DNA of 64,000 bases, taken from positions 32,001-96,000 of the forward strand of contig CAWANH010000001.1 in NCBI GenBank assembly GCA_963783375.1. Direction: 5' to 3'. Origin of the DNA: Candidatus Eiseniibacteriota bacterium. GTDB lineage: Bacteria > Eisenbacteria > RBG-16-71-46 > JABDJR01. Below are positions 28,801 through 38,197 of the stretch, piece by piece. Below the pieces are notes generated by a model. It was given only the letters and a program-made list of their open reading frames with translations. It ran no database searches and was not told the origin of the DNA. Position 1 is the stretch's first letter, and each line of letters starts with the position of its first letter. The position numbers were made by a program, and so were the translations under genes.

Positions 28801-30395
28801 GCGCGACCTCCTCCGAATTCCACCGCGTAGCGCTTCCGGCGCTCCCGGCGATATCTCATGCGCCCGAGCCCGAAGAGAATAACCAGGATCGGGACCGGCA
28901 CCATGGCCATGGTCTTCAGCGCCCCCCGCTTGTCGTCCGGCACGTCCTTGAGCGGACGCCCGGTCGCCTCACGGGAACGGATGGCGATGAGGTCGTTCCC
29001 CAGGGTCATCCAGTCCACCGCGTTGGCCAGGAACACGCTGTTGGCGGGGAACTGGCGGAGGAACCGCTGATCGAGGAAGTTGGAGCTTCCCACCACCACC
29101 ATCTGGTTCATCGGGCTCACCGCGGGACCCCGGACGGCGGTGCCCAGGCTGTCCCCGGGAACCGGCGTCCCCGCCGGCCAGTGGGTGGGGAACCGCCCGG
29201 TCAGGGCCACGGCCAGGAGCTGCGAATGGACCTCGCCCGCTCCCGGTGGAACGAGCTTGCTCTGGGGGTTCAGATCGTAGGGCGCGGCCCGGGTGAAGGA
29301 ACGCGCCGAGGACACGGCGAGGGTGTCCGCGGTGACCGAGCCTCCCCCCGCGCTGTCCACCGGGGCCAGGGTCAGGGGACTGGTCCAGGGCAGGACCAGG
29401 CTCTGCATGTCGCTGGTGATGGGGTTCTCACGGGAGAGCCCGTCGGCCGTCACCTGGGGAAACCAGGGATAGCGGACGGTGAGGGGCAGGAAGTAGCCCA
29501 CGTCGAACCCCACCATGGGAGCCTGCGCGTCCACCACCAACCGGTTCCGGACCTGGACCCCGTAGCTCCCCAGGAGCGGCCCCAGCTTCACCTGGCGGTC
29601 GCGGGCGTTCAGGGTACCGAGGTTGACGTCCACTCCGGGAGCCAGGGCCAGGAGGCGCCCTCCCCGCATCACGAACTGGTCGAGCCGGTAGAGATCCTGG
29701 TCGGTGAGCTGGGGATCGTCCTTCACGATGAGAGTGGCGACCTCGTCGGGCACCGGGCCCGAGGCCAGGTTCACCACCTTCACGTCGTACTGCTTGGCCA
29801 GGAGATCCCGCACCGGCTGCATGGACTCGTCCAGGGTCGGACTGCCGGCGGTGGCGATTCCCACCGATTTCTTCCCCGCGCTCACCTTGACCACCGCCGC
29901 GGTCAGGTCGTACTCGAGACGATCCACGGTCTGGACCACCGGGATGACCTCGGTCTTGTCCTCGTACTGGACCGCGATCCCCAGGTAGGCGCTCACCGCC
30001 TCGGCCTTCTCCTTCTGGTAGCGGCTGAGCTGGAGCTTGGGAATCCCCAGCATCCGCACCGATTGCTCGAGCGCGGGATCCGAGGCAGGGTCCTTGAACA
30101 CCACCTGGACCTCGCTCCCCCCGGCCGCCTTGTACTCGTCGAGGAAGTCCTTCACCTCGCGCTGGAGGCTGGCGATGTAGGAGGGAAGATCCTTGGAGAA
30201 GTAGACCGTGACGGTGACGACGTCGTTCAGGTTCCCGAGCACGTGTCTGGTCGACGGGCTCAGGGTGTACTCGTGGTTTTCGGTCAGGTCCCACCGGTGG
30301 AAGAACCGGGTCCCCAGAAGATTCACCGAGGCCAGGATGACCAGCACGATGAGGGCCTTGGCCACGGGAAAGCCGGTTCGGGTCTTCTTGCTCAT
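28797..30395 (-). CDS. GldG-like ABC auxiliary component
   Basis: RWDLTEN..YTLSPST, LEYDLT, LDQFVMRGG, NAVDWM..DLIAIRSR. Confidence 0.85.
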   Translation of the reverse strand: MSKKTRTGFPVAKALIVLVILASVNLLGTRFFHRWDLTENHEYTLSPSTRHVLGNLNDVVTVTVYFSKDLPSYIASLQREVKDFLDEYKAAGGSEVQVVFKDPASDPALEQSVRMLGIPKLQLSRYQKEKAEAVSAYLGIAVQYEDKTEVIPVVQTVDRLEYDLTAAVVKVSAGKKSVGIATAGSPTLDESMQPVRDLLAKQYDVKVVNLASGPVPDEVATLIVKDDPQLTDQDLYRLDQFVMRGGRLLALAPGVDVNLGTLNARDRQVKLGPLLGSYGVQVRNRLVVDAQAPMVGFDVGYFLPLTVRYPWFPQVTADGLSRENPITSDMQSLVLPWTSPLTLAPVDSAGGGSVTADTLAVSSARSFTRAAPYDLNPQSKLVPPGAGEVHSQLLAVALTGRFPTHWPAGTPVPGDSLGTAVRGPAVSPMNQMVVVGSSNFLDQRFLRQFPANSVFLANAVDWMTLGNDLIAIRSREATGRPLKDVPDDKRGALKTMAMVPVPILVILFGLGRMRYRRERRKRYAVEFGGGRA

Positions 30396-31112
30396 CTAGG
30401 CCCACCTCCTTCCGGCCAGGGTCAGCCGGTTGAGGTACAGAAAGAACCCGGCCACGCTCAGGTAGTAGATGAGATCGCGGCTGTCGATCACCCCCCGCCC
30501 GATGCTCTGGAAGTGGGCTCCCAGGCCGAGATAGTGCAGGAGCGGCGCCAGGGAGGAGGGCGCGGTCACCAGCACCAGGCTCTCCCCCACGATGAACAGC
30601 GCGAAACAGGCCACCACCCCCAGGATGAAGGCGATGATCTGGTTTTCGGTGAGGGAGGAGATGAAGAGCCCCACCGCCAGATAGGCCGCCCCCAGGAGCA
30701 CCGTACCCACCAAGCCTCCGATCACCGGCCCGGGATCCAGGTCTCCCAGGTGGGCGGTGAGGATAACCAGCGGAAACTCCAGGAGCACGGTGATGGTGAT
30801 CAGGGAGAGCCCGGCGAAGAACTTGCCCAGGATCACGTCCTCATCGCGGACCGGCAGGGTCATGAGAAGCTCCACCGTCCCCAGCTTCCGCTCCTCCGCC
30901 CAGAGCCGCATGGAGACCGCGGGGACGAAGAAGAGGAACATCCAGGGAAGGAGGGAGAAGAAGGGCCGGAGGTCGGCCTGGGAGTACAGGAAGTAACCCC
31001 GGAAGAAGAGCCAGGACGAGGTGACGAGGAACACCAGGATGAAGATGTAGGCGATGGGCGAGTTGAAGTAGCTCCTGAGTTCCCGCTTGTAGATGCCGAA
31101 GAAGGACGGCAT
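30396..31112 (-). CDS. GldF-like ABC permease
   Basis: RELRSYFNSPIAY, MRLWAEERKLGTVELLMTLP, SLTENQI, RGVIDSRDLIY. Confidence 0.88.
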   Translation of the reverse strand: MPSFFGIYKRELRSYFNSPIAYIFILVFLVTSSWLFFRGYFLYSQADLRPFFSLLPWMFLFFVPAVSMRLWAEERKLGTVELLMTLPVRDEDVILGKFFAGLSLITITVLLEFPLVILTAHLGDLDPGPVIGGLVGTVLLGAAYLAVGLFISSLTENQIIAFILGVVACFALFIVGESLVLVTAPSSLAPLLHYLGLGAHFQSIGRGVIDSRDLIYYLSVAGFFLYLNRLTLAGRRWA

Positions 31113-31115
31113 GGA

Positions 31116-32063
31116 TCAGACCTCCTCTCCGGTGGTGAGTTCACGGAAGACGTCCTCCAGGGACGCGGCCTCGGGTCTGAGTTCCCGGAGGGCCCACCCC
31201 CGGAGCGCAGCCATCCCCGACACCGCCTCGGCCAGCCTTCCCAGATCGGCCCCGTCCCGGGCCCGGACCCGATAGGCGAGGGCGTCGCCCTGGGGGCCCA
31301 GGAAATCCACCCCCCCGGCCAGCTCCAGGGTGCGGAACCCCCCTTCCACGTCGGCGCCGTCCCCGCGGAGGTGCGCGACCACGCCCCGTCCCCCGCCCGC
31401 CCGGCGGGAGAGTTCCTCCGGGGTCCCCGACCCCACCAGCCGGCCCCGGGAGATGATGATCACCCGGTCGCAGGTGGCCGAGACCTCGGGCAGGATGTGG
31501 GTGGAGAGGATGATCGTCTTCTCCCGCCCGATCTCCTTGATGAGGCTACGGATCTCGATGATCTGATTGGGGTCGAGCCCGGTGGTGGGCTCGTCCAGCA
31601 CCAGGATGTCCGGCTCGTGGATCAAGGCCTGGGCCAGGCCCACCCGCTGCCGGAAACCCTTGGACAGCTGCCCGATGTTCTTGGTGAGCGCCGGCCCGAG
31701 GCCGCAAAGCTCCACCATCCGGGCCATCCGGCTCCGCGCCTCCGCCCGGGCGAATCCCCGCATTTCGGCGACGTAGAGCAGGTAGTCCACCGTTCCCATG
31801 TCCTCGTAGAGCGGGGCGCTCTCCGGGAGGTAGCCGATCCGCCGCCGCACCTCCAGAGGTTGGCGGTTGACGTCGAAGCCGGCCAGCACCGCCGTCCCCT
31901 CGTCGGGGGGTATGAATCCGGTGAGGATGCGCATGGTGGTGGTCTTGCCGGCGCCGTTGGGCCCTAGAAAACCCAACACCTCCCCGGCCTCCACGGTGAA
32001 GCTGACGCCTCCCACCGCCACCGTGCTCCCGTACCGCTTGGCAAGGTGGTCCACGGAAATCAT
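31116..32063 (-). CDS. GldA-like ABC ATP-binding protein
   Basis: GPNGAGKT, LSKGFRQRVG, LDEPTTGLDPNQ, STHIL. Confidence 0.92.
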   Translation of the reverse strand: MISVDHLAKRYGSTVAVGGVSFTVEAGEVLGFLGPNGAGKTTTMRILTGFIPPDEGTAVLAGFDVNRQPLEVRRRIGYLPESAPLYEDMGTVDYLLYVAEMRGFARAEARSRMARMVELCGLGPALTKNIGQLSKGFRQRVGLAQALIHEPDILVLDEPTTGLDPNQIIEIRSLIKEIGREKTIILSTHILPEVSATCDRVIIISRGRLVGSGTPEELSRRAGGGRGVVAHLRGDGADVEGGFRTLELAGGVDFLGPQGDALAYRVRARDGADLGRLAEAVSGMAALRGWALRELRPEAASLEDVFRELTTGEEV

Positions 32064-32121
32064 CTGGGTTTGACTCCTCTCCTCCTAGACAGACTCTGGC
32101 GATCGTCCCGACCGGCGGGGT

Positions 32122-32149
32122 ATTATAGAAAGGTTCGCCACCCTGTCAA
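32122..32149 (-). promoter_or_regulatory. Consensus sigma70 promoter of gld-like operon
   Basis: Minus strand TTGACA-N16-TATAAT, both hexamers perfect. Confidence 0.7.
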
Positions 32150-32210
32150 AGCGCCTCGGGCGCCCGGGGTGCTCTCCCATTTCGGCCCATCGGTTCGGAG
32201 GCGATCTGCC

Positions 32211-33059
32211 GTGTCACTCCTGAAGCTCGAAAGACGTTCCCTGAAATTGCTCCTCTCGGGGACGGCGCTGGCCGTGGTCGCGGCCATCCCCGCGGCGGCC
32301 GATGGCCCGGCGGAGGCCCCCGCTTCCCACGAGGCCTTGACCCTGGAGAAGGGGGAGTTCGATCCGGCCCTCTACGACTCGCTCCTGGGACTCTACGTGA
32401 AGACGGACGGAGTGGACTACGCGACCTGGAAGGCGGACGGCCCGGGCGAGCTGGACCGTTTCCTGGAGAGGGCCGGGAACTACGATCTCGGATCCACCAT
32501 GGGCAAGGAGCCGCGGGCGGCCTTTCTCATCAACGCCTACAACGCGTGGGCGGTGCGGCAGATCCTGGATCACTACCCGGTGAAGAGCGTCCGGGACATC
32601 CCCGGTTTCTTCGACGGGAACACCCGCAGGATCGCCGGCAAGGACATGACCCTGGACGATATCGAGGCTGAGCTGGCGACGATCCTTCCCCATCGGCCCT
32701 ATTTCGCGTTCACCCTGGCGCCGGGAGCCCGGGGGATGCCCGCGCTCGCCGGGAGGGCGTATACCGCGCACGAGTTCGATCAACGCGTGTTACACGCGGC
32801 CAAGACGTACCTTACGTCCGACCTTCTCTACTACGACCAAAAGGAAAGTACCCTCCACATGCCCCCACAATTCCAGAAGCATCTGGAACTTTTTGAGGGT
32901 CTTCCCAAGGGCCTGAATCAGGCTCTGGGCTCGTTCCTGCCCCTTTCCCAGCTGAGCGCCCTCCTGACCGATCCCGAGGCCAAGTACGTGTACGACCAGG
33001 TGGACTGGTCCCTGAACCAGGCCCCCGCCCCGGTTCCGGAGAGCGGGGAAGGCAAATAG
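32211..33059 (+). CDS. DUF547-like secreted protein
   Basis: GVDY..W, AFLINAYNA, YPVKSVRDI, TLDDIE, DWSLN. GTG start after GGAGG. Confidence 0.75.
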   Translation: MSLLKLERRSLKLLLSGTALAVVAAIPAAADGPAEAPASHEALTLEKGEFDPALYDSLLGLYVKTDGVDYATWKADGPGELDRFLERAGNYDLGSTMGKEPRAAFLINAYNAWAVRQILDHYPVKSVRDIPGFFDGNTRRIAGKDMTLDDIEAELATILPHRPYFAFTLAPGARGMPALAGRAYTAHEFDQRVLHAAKTYLTSDLLYYDQKESTLHMPPQFQKHLELFEGLPKGLNQALGSFLPLSQLSALLTDPEAKYVYDQVDWSLNQAPAPVPESGEGK

Positions 33060-34240
33060 TGGAAGCCTACGCCCAGGTCGATGCCCGCCTGAACCGCCAC
33101 GGGATGGCCCGCTGGCGCTCCGGACATCCGTGGATCTTTCGGGCCGGGATCGATGTGGTGGACGAGACCACGGGGAACGAGGCGGTGGCCCGGGTGGTCG
33201 ATCCCCGCGGCCGCACCCTCGGCCAGGCTCTGTTCAGCCGGGAATCCCAGATCACCCTCCGGTTTCTCACCCGGAGCGAGGAGCCGGTGGACCGGGCCTT
33301 CTTCCGAAAGCGGGTGGAGCGGGCGGTGGGATACCGGGAGAGGCTCTCCCCCGGTCGGGACGCGCTCCGGCTCGTGTTCGGCGAGTCCGACGGCCTTCCC
33401 GGCCTCATCGTGGACCGCTACGGCCCCCACCTGGTGGCGCAGTTCCTTTCCTGGGGGATGGACGCCCTGGGCCCCGAGATCGTGGAGATCCTGAAGGATA
33501 CCGTCTCCCCCGCCTCGATCCTGGCCCGGAACGACCCCGCGGTCCGGGTCCTGGAGGGGCTCCAGCGGGTCGTCACCCCCCTCCACGGCGAGATTCCCGA
33601 AACCGTGGTCTACCACGAGGGAGACCTGGTGATGACCGCCGATCTTCGCCGGGGGCAGAAAACCGGGGCCTTCCTGGATCAGATCGACAACCACCGGCTG
33701 GCCGGCTCCCTGGCCCGCGGGCGGGTCCTCGACGTGTTCACCTATTCGGGGGGATTCGCCCTGGCTGCGGCCGGATCGGCGGAGGAGGTGACCGCGGTGG
33801 ATTCCTCCTCGGAGGCGCTGGCCCTGGCCCGCGCCCACGCCGGCCGGAACGGAATCGACAACGTGCAGTGGGTCGAGGCCAACGCCTTCGATTTCCTCAA
33901 GAACGCCGATCGCCGCGGCGAAACCTACGACATGGTGATCCTGGATCCCCCCGCCTTCGCCAAGAACAAGCGCGAGCTGGCGGGGGCGCTTCGGGGCTAC
34001 AAGGAGATCAACCTCCGGGCCATGAAAATCCTCCGGCCGGGTGGTATCCTGATCTCGTGCAGCTGCTCCTACCATCTGAGCGAAGCGATGATGGAGGAGA
34101 TCCTGACCTCGGCGGCATCGGACGCCCACCGCGCCTTCCGGGTGGTCGACCGGCGTCGCCAGGCGGCGGATCACCCCATCCTCCTTGGATTCCCCGAGAG
34201 CCTCTATCTCAAGTGCCAGGTGTTGGAGCTCCTGGATTAG
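33059..34240 (+). CDS. RlmI-family class I SAM-dependent rRNA methyltransferase
   Basis: GHPWIF, RLVFGESDGLPGLIVDRY, GQKTGAFLDQ, VLDVFTYSGGF, LDPPAF, SCS, DHP, YLK. Confidence 0.9.
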   Translation: MEAYAQVDARLNRHGMARWRSGHPWIFRAGIDVVDETTGNEAVARVVDPRGRTLGQALFSRESQITLRFLTRSEEPVDRAFFRKRVERAVGYRERLSPGRDALRLVFGESDGLPGLIVDRYGPHLVAQFLSWGMDALGPEIVEILKDTVSPASILARNDPAVRVLEGLQRVVTPLHGEIPETVVYHEGDLVMTADLRRGQKTGAFLDQIDNHRLAGSLARGRVLDVFTYSGGFALAAAGSAEEVTAVDSSSEALALARAHAGRNGIDNVQWVEANAFDFLKNADRRGETYDMVILDPPAFAKNKRELAGALRGYKEINLRAMKILRPGGILISCSCSYHLSEAMMEEILTSAASDAHRAFRVVDRRRQAADHPILLGFPESLYLKCQVLELLD

Positions 34241-34306
34241 GAAGGCCGGTTCCGGCCGCGCCGCCCGGAGCCGGGCGGTACATCACCGAACGAGGAGGAG
34301 GCGACG

Positions 34307-35587
34307 TTGCCCGAGACTCGTCCCGATCCGGACCGTTCCAAGCTCATCTACGACTGGAACGTGGCCGACGGCATCACCCAGATGAGCCCGGCGGTCATCT
34401 CCCTGGACGACGAGACCCTCCGGGACGGCCTCCAGTCCCCATCGGTCTCGGATCCCACGATCGACGAGAAGATCGAGATCCTCCACCTCATCGAGGGTCT
34501 GGGCATCCACTCCGCCGATCTGGGGCTTCCCGCCGCCGGCCCCCACGCCTACGAGGACACCCTCGCCCTGACCCGGGAGACCGTGCGCGCCTCGCTGTCG
34601 ATCCGGCCCAACGCCGCCGCCCGGACCATGATCAAGGACATCGAACCCATCGCCGCGATCAGCCAGGCCGCGGGCTGTCCCCTGGAAGTGGCGATGTTCG
34701 TGGGCTCGAGCCCCATTCGGTTCTACACCGAGAACTGGGAGCTGGCAAAGCTCCTGCGTCTTGCCGAGGAGGCGGTGACCTTCGCGGTGTCCGAGGGACT
34801 CCCGGTGATGTTCGTCACCGAGGACACCACCCGGGCCACCCCCGAAGCCATCAAGGCGCTCTACCAGACCGCCATCCGTTCGGGAGCCCACCGGATCACC
34901 GTGGCCGACACCGCCGGCCACGCCACTCCCGCGGGCGTTCGCGCCGTGGTCACCTACGTGCGGGAGATCGCCGATCAGACCGGTGAGGACGTGCTGATCG
35001 ACTGGCACGGCCACAACGACCGCGGTCTCGGGGTGGTGAACTCGATCACCGCCGCCCTCGCCGGCGCCGATCAGATCCACGGCACCGCGCTCGGCATCGG
35101 AGAACGATGCGGGAACGCGGCCATGGACCAGATCCTGGTGAACCTGAAGCTCATGGGCATCATCTCCAACGATCTCTCCCGCCTGGGGGAGTACTGCGAG
35201 GCGGTGGCCCGGGCGGTGGGGATGCCGATCGCGGTCAACTACCCCATCCTGGGCCGCGACGCCTTCCGCACCGCCACCGGGGTTCACGCCGCCGCGGTGC
35301 TGAAAGCGTCCCGGCTCGGCGACACCTGGCTGGAGAACATGGTCTATTCCTCGGTTCCCGCCTCGATGATCGGGCGTGAGCAGGTGATCGAGATCGGCCC
35401 CCTGAGCGGGGTGGCCAACGTCGTCTACTGGTTGACCCGCCACGGGTTCGAGACGGAGCCGGTTCTGGTGGACGCGATCTTCGAGGCGGCGAAGCGGTCC
35501 AAGTCGGTGCTCACCGACGAGGAGATCCGCCGCCTGGTGACCGAGAAGGGCGGGAAACCCCTCGCCTCCTCGTCCACCCCCGAGTAG
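34307..35587 (+). CDS. DRE-TIM acetyl-CoA condensing enzyme (2-isopropylmalate/homocitrate synthase family), no regulatory domain
   Basis: DETLRDGLQ, EDTTRA, ADTAG, HGHNDRGL, GIGERCGNA. TTG start with GAGGAGG RBS. Confidence 0.85.
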   Translation: MPETRPDPDRSKLIYDWNVADGITQMSPAVISLDDETLRDGLQSPSVSDPTIDEKIEILHLIEGLGIHSADLGLPAAGPHAYEDTLALTRETVRASLSIRPNAAARTMIKDIEPIAAISQAAGCPLEVAMFVGSSPIRFYTENWELAKLLRLAEEAVTFAVSEGLPVMFVTEDTTRATPEAIKALYQTAIRSGAHRITVADTAGHATPAGVRAVVTYVREIADQTGEDVLIDWHGHNDRGLGVVNSITAALAGADQIHGTALGIGERCGNAAMDQILVNLKLMGIISNDLSRLGEYCEAVARAVGMPIAVNYPILGRDAFRTATGVHAAAVLKASRLGDTWLENMVYSSVPASMIGREQVIEIGPLSGVANVVYWLTRHGFETEPVLVDAIFEAAKRSKSVLTDEEIRRLVTEKGGKPLASSSTPE

Positions 35588-35620
35588 CCCGGCCCGCCGC
35601 CGGCCGGAAGAGGAGGGCCC

Positions 35621-37348
35621 ATGACCGCGTCCACGCTCCATCCGACCGCGGCCGCGACCGTCGCCGCGTCCATCGCTCTCGCCCTCACCGCCTGCGGGGG
35701 GGCCTCGGAGAAGGGAACGCCGGGGCCTCGGGTGAACGCGCTCACCGGCCGGGCCGCCGCCGACCGCGGGGCCGACGTCTCCCCCGACTCCACCTATCTG
35801 GTCTTCATCTCGGATCGCGACGGCGGAGACGATCTCTACCGGATGGACTTCCCCACGAAGGCGGTGACCCGGCTCACCCGAACCGCGGCGGACGAATCCG
35901 ATCCCGCCGTCTCCCCCGACGGAAAGTCGGTGGCCTTCATCCGGACCGAACCCCGGGGAAGCTCCCTCTGGCTGCTCCAGAACCTGGGCGGGGACTCCGA
36001 CACCGCCACCCGCACCGCCACCGACACCTCGGGCCTCGCCTCCCCCGCCTGGTCCCCCGACGGGAGCCGGATCCTCTGCGTCTCCGGGGCCCGCGGCTTC
36101 GTGCTGTTCCCCGCCGGGGTGGCCACCGGTGAGCTCCCCGGAGCGCCCGTGGACTGGCCGTTGCCGGTGGATGCCTCCGAGCCCGCGTGGGGCGCGGACG
36201 GAACCGTGGTCTATCGAGCCGGCGCGCCCGGGGCCGGAGATCTCTATGCCTACGACCCCGCGGGCTCCGCCGGACCCCGCCCCGTGACCCGGACCCCCTT
36301 CGACGAACGCTCCCCCTCGCTCCGGGACGGCGTCCTGGCCTATCTCGCGAACCCGGAGGGACACTACCGGGTTCACGTTCTCCGGCCGGGGACGGGGGTG
36401 GAAGCCGCGGTGGAGCTGGGCCGCGATCCCCGGAACTGCTTCGACCCCGCGGTCTGGCCGGGAGGGGGCTCGGTCGTCTACACCGAGGAGGCCGGGTGGG
36501 CGATCAAGACCCGGCCGGCGGCCGGCGGAGAGGCCTCGACCCCGGTTCCCCCCGACGCCGGAAACTTCGATCCGGTCTTCGACGCCGACGCCAGGAACAT
36601 CTTCTTCACCTCGGACCGGGACGGAAACGACGAGATCTACGTGGTCGAGATGGAGGGCTACACCGTGGCCAACCTCACCACCAACCCCGGCCGCGACTTC
36701 GAGCCGGACATGAGCCCGGCCACCCACCGTCTGGTCTTCACCACGGAGCGGGAGGGAAACCTGGAGATCCTGTCCATCGACGAGAGCGGGCTGGACGAGG
36801 TGTTCCTCGCCCCCGGCCCGGCCCGGGACTCCGAACCCCGGTTCTCCCCCGACGGAACCCGGGTGGCCTTCGTGTCGGACCGGGCGGGGAGCCCCGACAT
36901 CTGGATCGTGGACGCCGCCGGTGGGGAACCGGCGCGGCTCACCACCGACGGCAGCGCGGCGGAGCGGTTCCCCACCTGGGTGGAAGGCGGCTCGGCGATC
37001 GTCTACCAGTCCGATCGCGGCGGGGAGGAACGCCTCTGGCGGATCCCGGCGGCGGGAGGCGAGGCGGCACCCGTGTCCCTCGACTCCGAGGCCGGCTCGC
37101 GGGACACGCGGCCCTCCGCCTCACCGGACGGCGAGCGGGTGGTGTTCACCCGCGAGCGGGGCGGGGACCGGGACCTCTGGATCCTGGACCTGGCCTCGGG
37201 GCGGGCCGTCCCCGCGGTGACCGACTCCCTGAACCAGGACGACGCCGGCTCGTGGAGCCCGGACGGATCCACCCTGGTCTACCAGAGCGGGGGCGCCCGG
37301 AACCTCATCCGCCGGGCGCTTGTCGGCGCGGAGCGACCCGGCTCGTGA
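35621..37348 (+). CDS. TolB-like PD40 beta-propeller lipoprotein
   Basis: Lipobox LTAC; many P..SPDG..(I/V)AF.SDR.G repeats. Confidence 0.8.
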   Translation: MTASTLHPTAAATVAASIALALTACGGASEKGTPGPRVNALTGRAAADRGADVSPDSTYLVFISDRDGGDDLYRMDFPTKAVTRLTRTAADESDPAVSPDGKSVAFIRTEPRGSSLWLLQNLGGDSDTATRTATDTSGLASPAWSPDGSRILCVSGARGFVLFPAGVATGELPGAPVDWPLPVDASEPAWGADGTVVYRAGAPGAGDLYAYDPAGSAGPRPVTRTPFDERSPSLRDGVLAYLANPEGHYRVHVLRPGTGVEAAVELGRDPRNCFDPAVWPGGGSVVYTEEAGWAIKTRPAAGGEASTPVPPDAGNFDPVFDADARNIFFTSDRDGNDEIYVVEMEGYTVANLTTNPGRDFEPDMSPATHRLVFTTEREGNLEILSIDESGLDEVFLAPGPARDSEPRFSPDGTRVAFVSDRAGSPDIWIVDAAGGEPARLTTDGSAAERFPTWVEGGSAIVYQSDRGGEERLWRIPAAGGEAAPVSLDSEAGSRDTRPSASPDGERVVFTRERGGDRDLWILDLASGRAVPAVTDSLNQDDAGSWSPDGSTLVYQSGGARNLIRRALVGAERPGS

Positions 37349-37383
37349 TCCCGTCCGAACCGCTCGCCCCGGCGAAACCCGGG

Positions 37384-37992
37384 TTACCGGTTGAACTCGA
37401 TGTACTGGATCCCCGCGGCGTTGTTGGCGTTGTTGAGGCTCAGCTCCCACAGGGTGAAGTCGCGCTCTCCCCGGAGCTTGGGAATGAAAGCGAAGAACTC
37501 GCTCTGGCGCTGATCCTTGAAGCTGAGCCGGGTCTGGAAGGCGAAGTCCAGGCTCAGGTTCAGGTTCTCGCGGCCCACCCGGGCCTGGTCGAAGAGCGAG
37601 GAGGGCATGGGGCCCAGGAACTCGATCCGGCTGAGGTCCCGGAAGGGGACGTTCACCAGCCTATCGAAGGAGTCCCGGTAGAAGCCGAACACGGCATGGA
37701 TCCCGCGACGCCGGTTGAACTCGATCTCGAGATCGTCCACGTAGAATTGCCCGGTCTGGGTCACCATGGTGACGTCGAATTGCTCGCCGCCGGTGTCCGG
37801 TATGGGCTCGGGGGTTCCTTCGGAAATCGGCGCCGGCGCGCCGGCCGGCTGGTCGGCGGGATGCGGCGCGCTTCCCGAACCCCCCGCGCAACCCCACCCG
37901 GCCAGACCCAACGCGGCCATGAGAAGGAGCACCGGGGGCACCCAGGTCCCCGCCGAAGGTCCGTTGCCTGGAACGAATCGTGTTGGTTTCAA
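37384..37992 (-). CDS. Hypothetical lipoprotein
   Basis: TTG start after GGGGAG; hydrophobic stretch ending AGWGC; Pro/Ala linker; globular C-terminus. The 5' part of the track ORF is a shadow of atoE. Confidence 0.6.
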   Translation of the reverse strand: MKPTRFVPGNGPSAGTWVPPVLLLMAALGLAGWGCAGGSGSAPHPADQPAGAPAPISEGTPEPIPDTGGEQFDVTMVTQTGQFYVDDLEIEFNRRRGIHAVFGFYRDSFDRLVNVPFRDLSRIEFLGPMPSSLFDQARVGRENLNLSLDFAFQTRLSFKDQRQSEFFAFIPKLRGERDFTLWELSLNNANNAAGIQYIEFNR

Positions 37993-38197
37993 CGTCGTCT
38001 CCCCGGGTTGATGTCGGGAAACACCGCCTCGAAAATCCTTCGGTGAGCGTTCACCCGCGAGCCCGCTCAACTGGCGGAGAATACCAGGGAGCTTCCGGGG
38101 AGACAACGCCGCCCGCCGGCGCGAGGTCGCGCGCGAGGTCGCGCGGCGCCGGGGCGATGAGCGGCCCGGACCGAAGCGGAGGAAAGAGTCCACGCCC

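Noticed and set aside
27814-32063. Evidence for gliding motility
   Set aside because: GldAFG-like ABC operons with DUF4340 are widespread in non-gliding bacteria; no gldJ/K/L/M/N or sprB here.
35621-37348. Tol-Pal system
   Set aside because: PD40 repeats only; no tolQ/R/A or pal neighbours.
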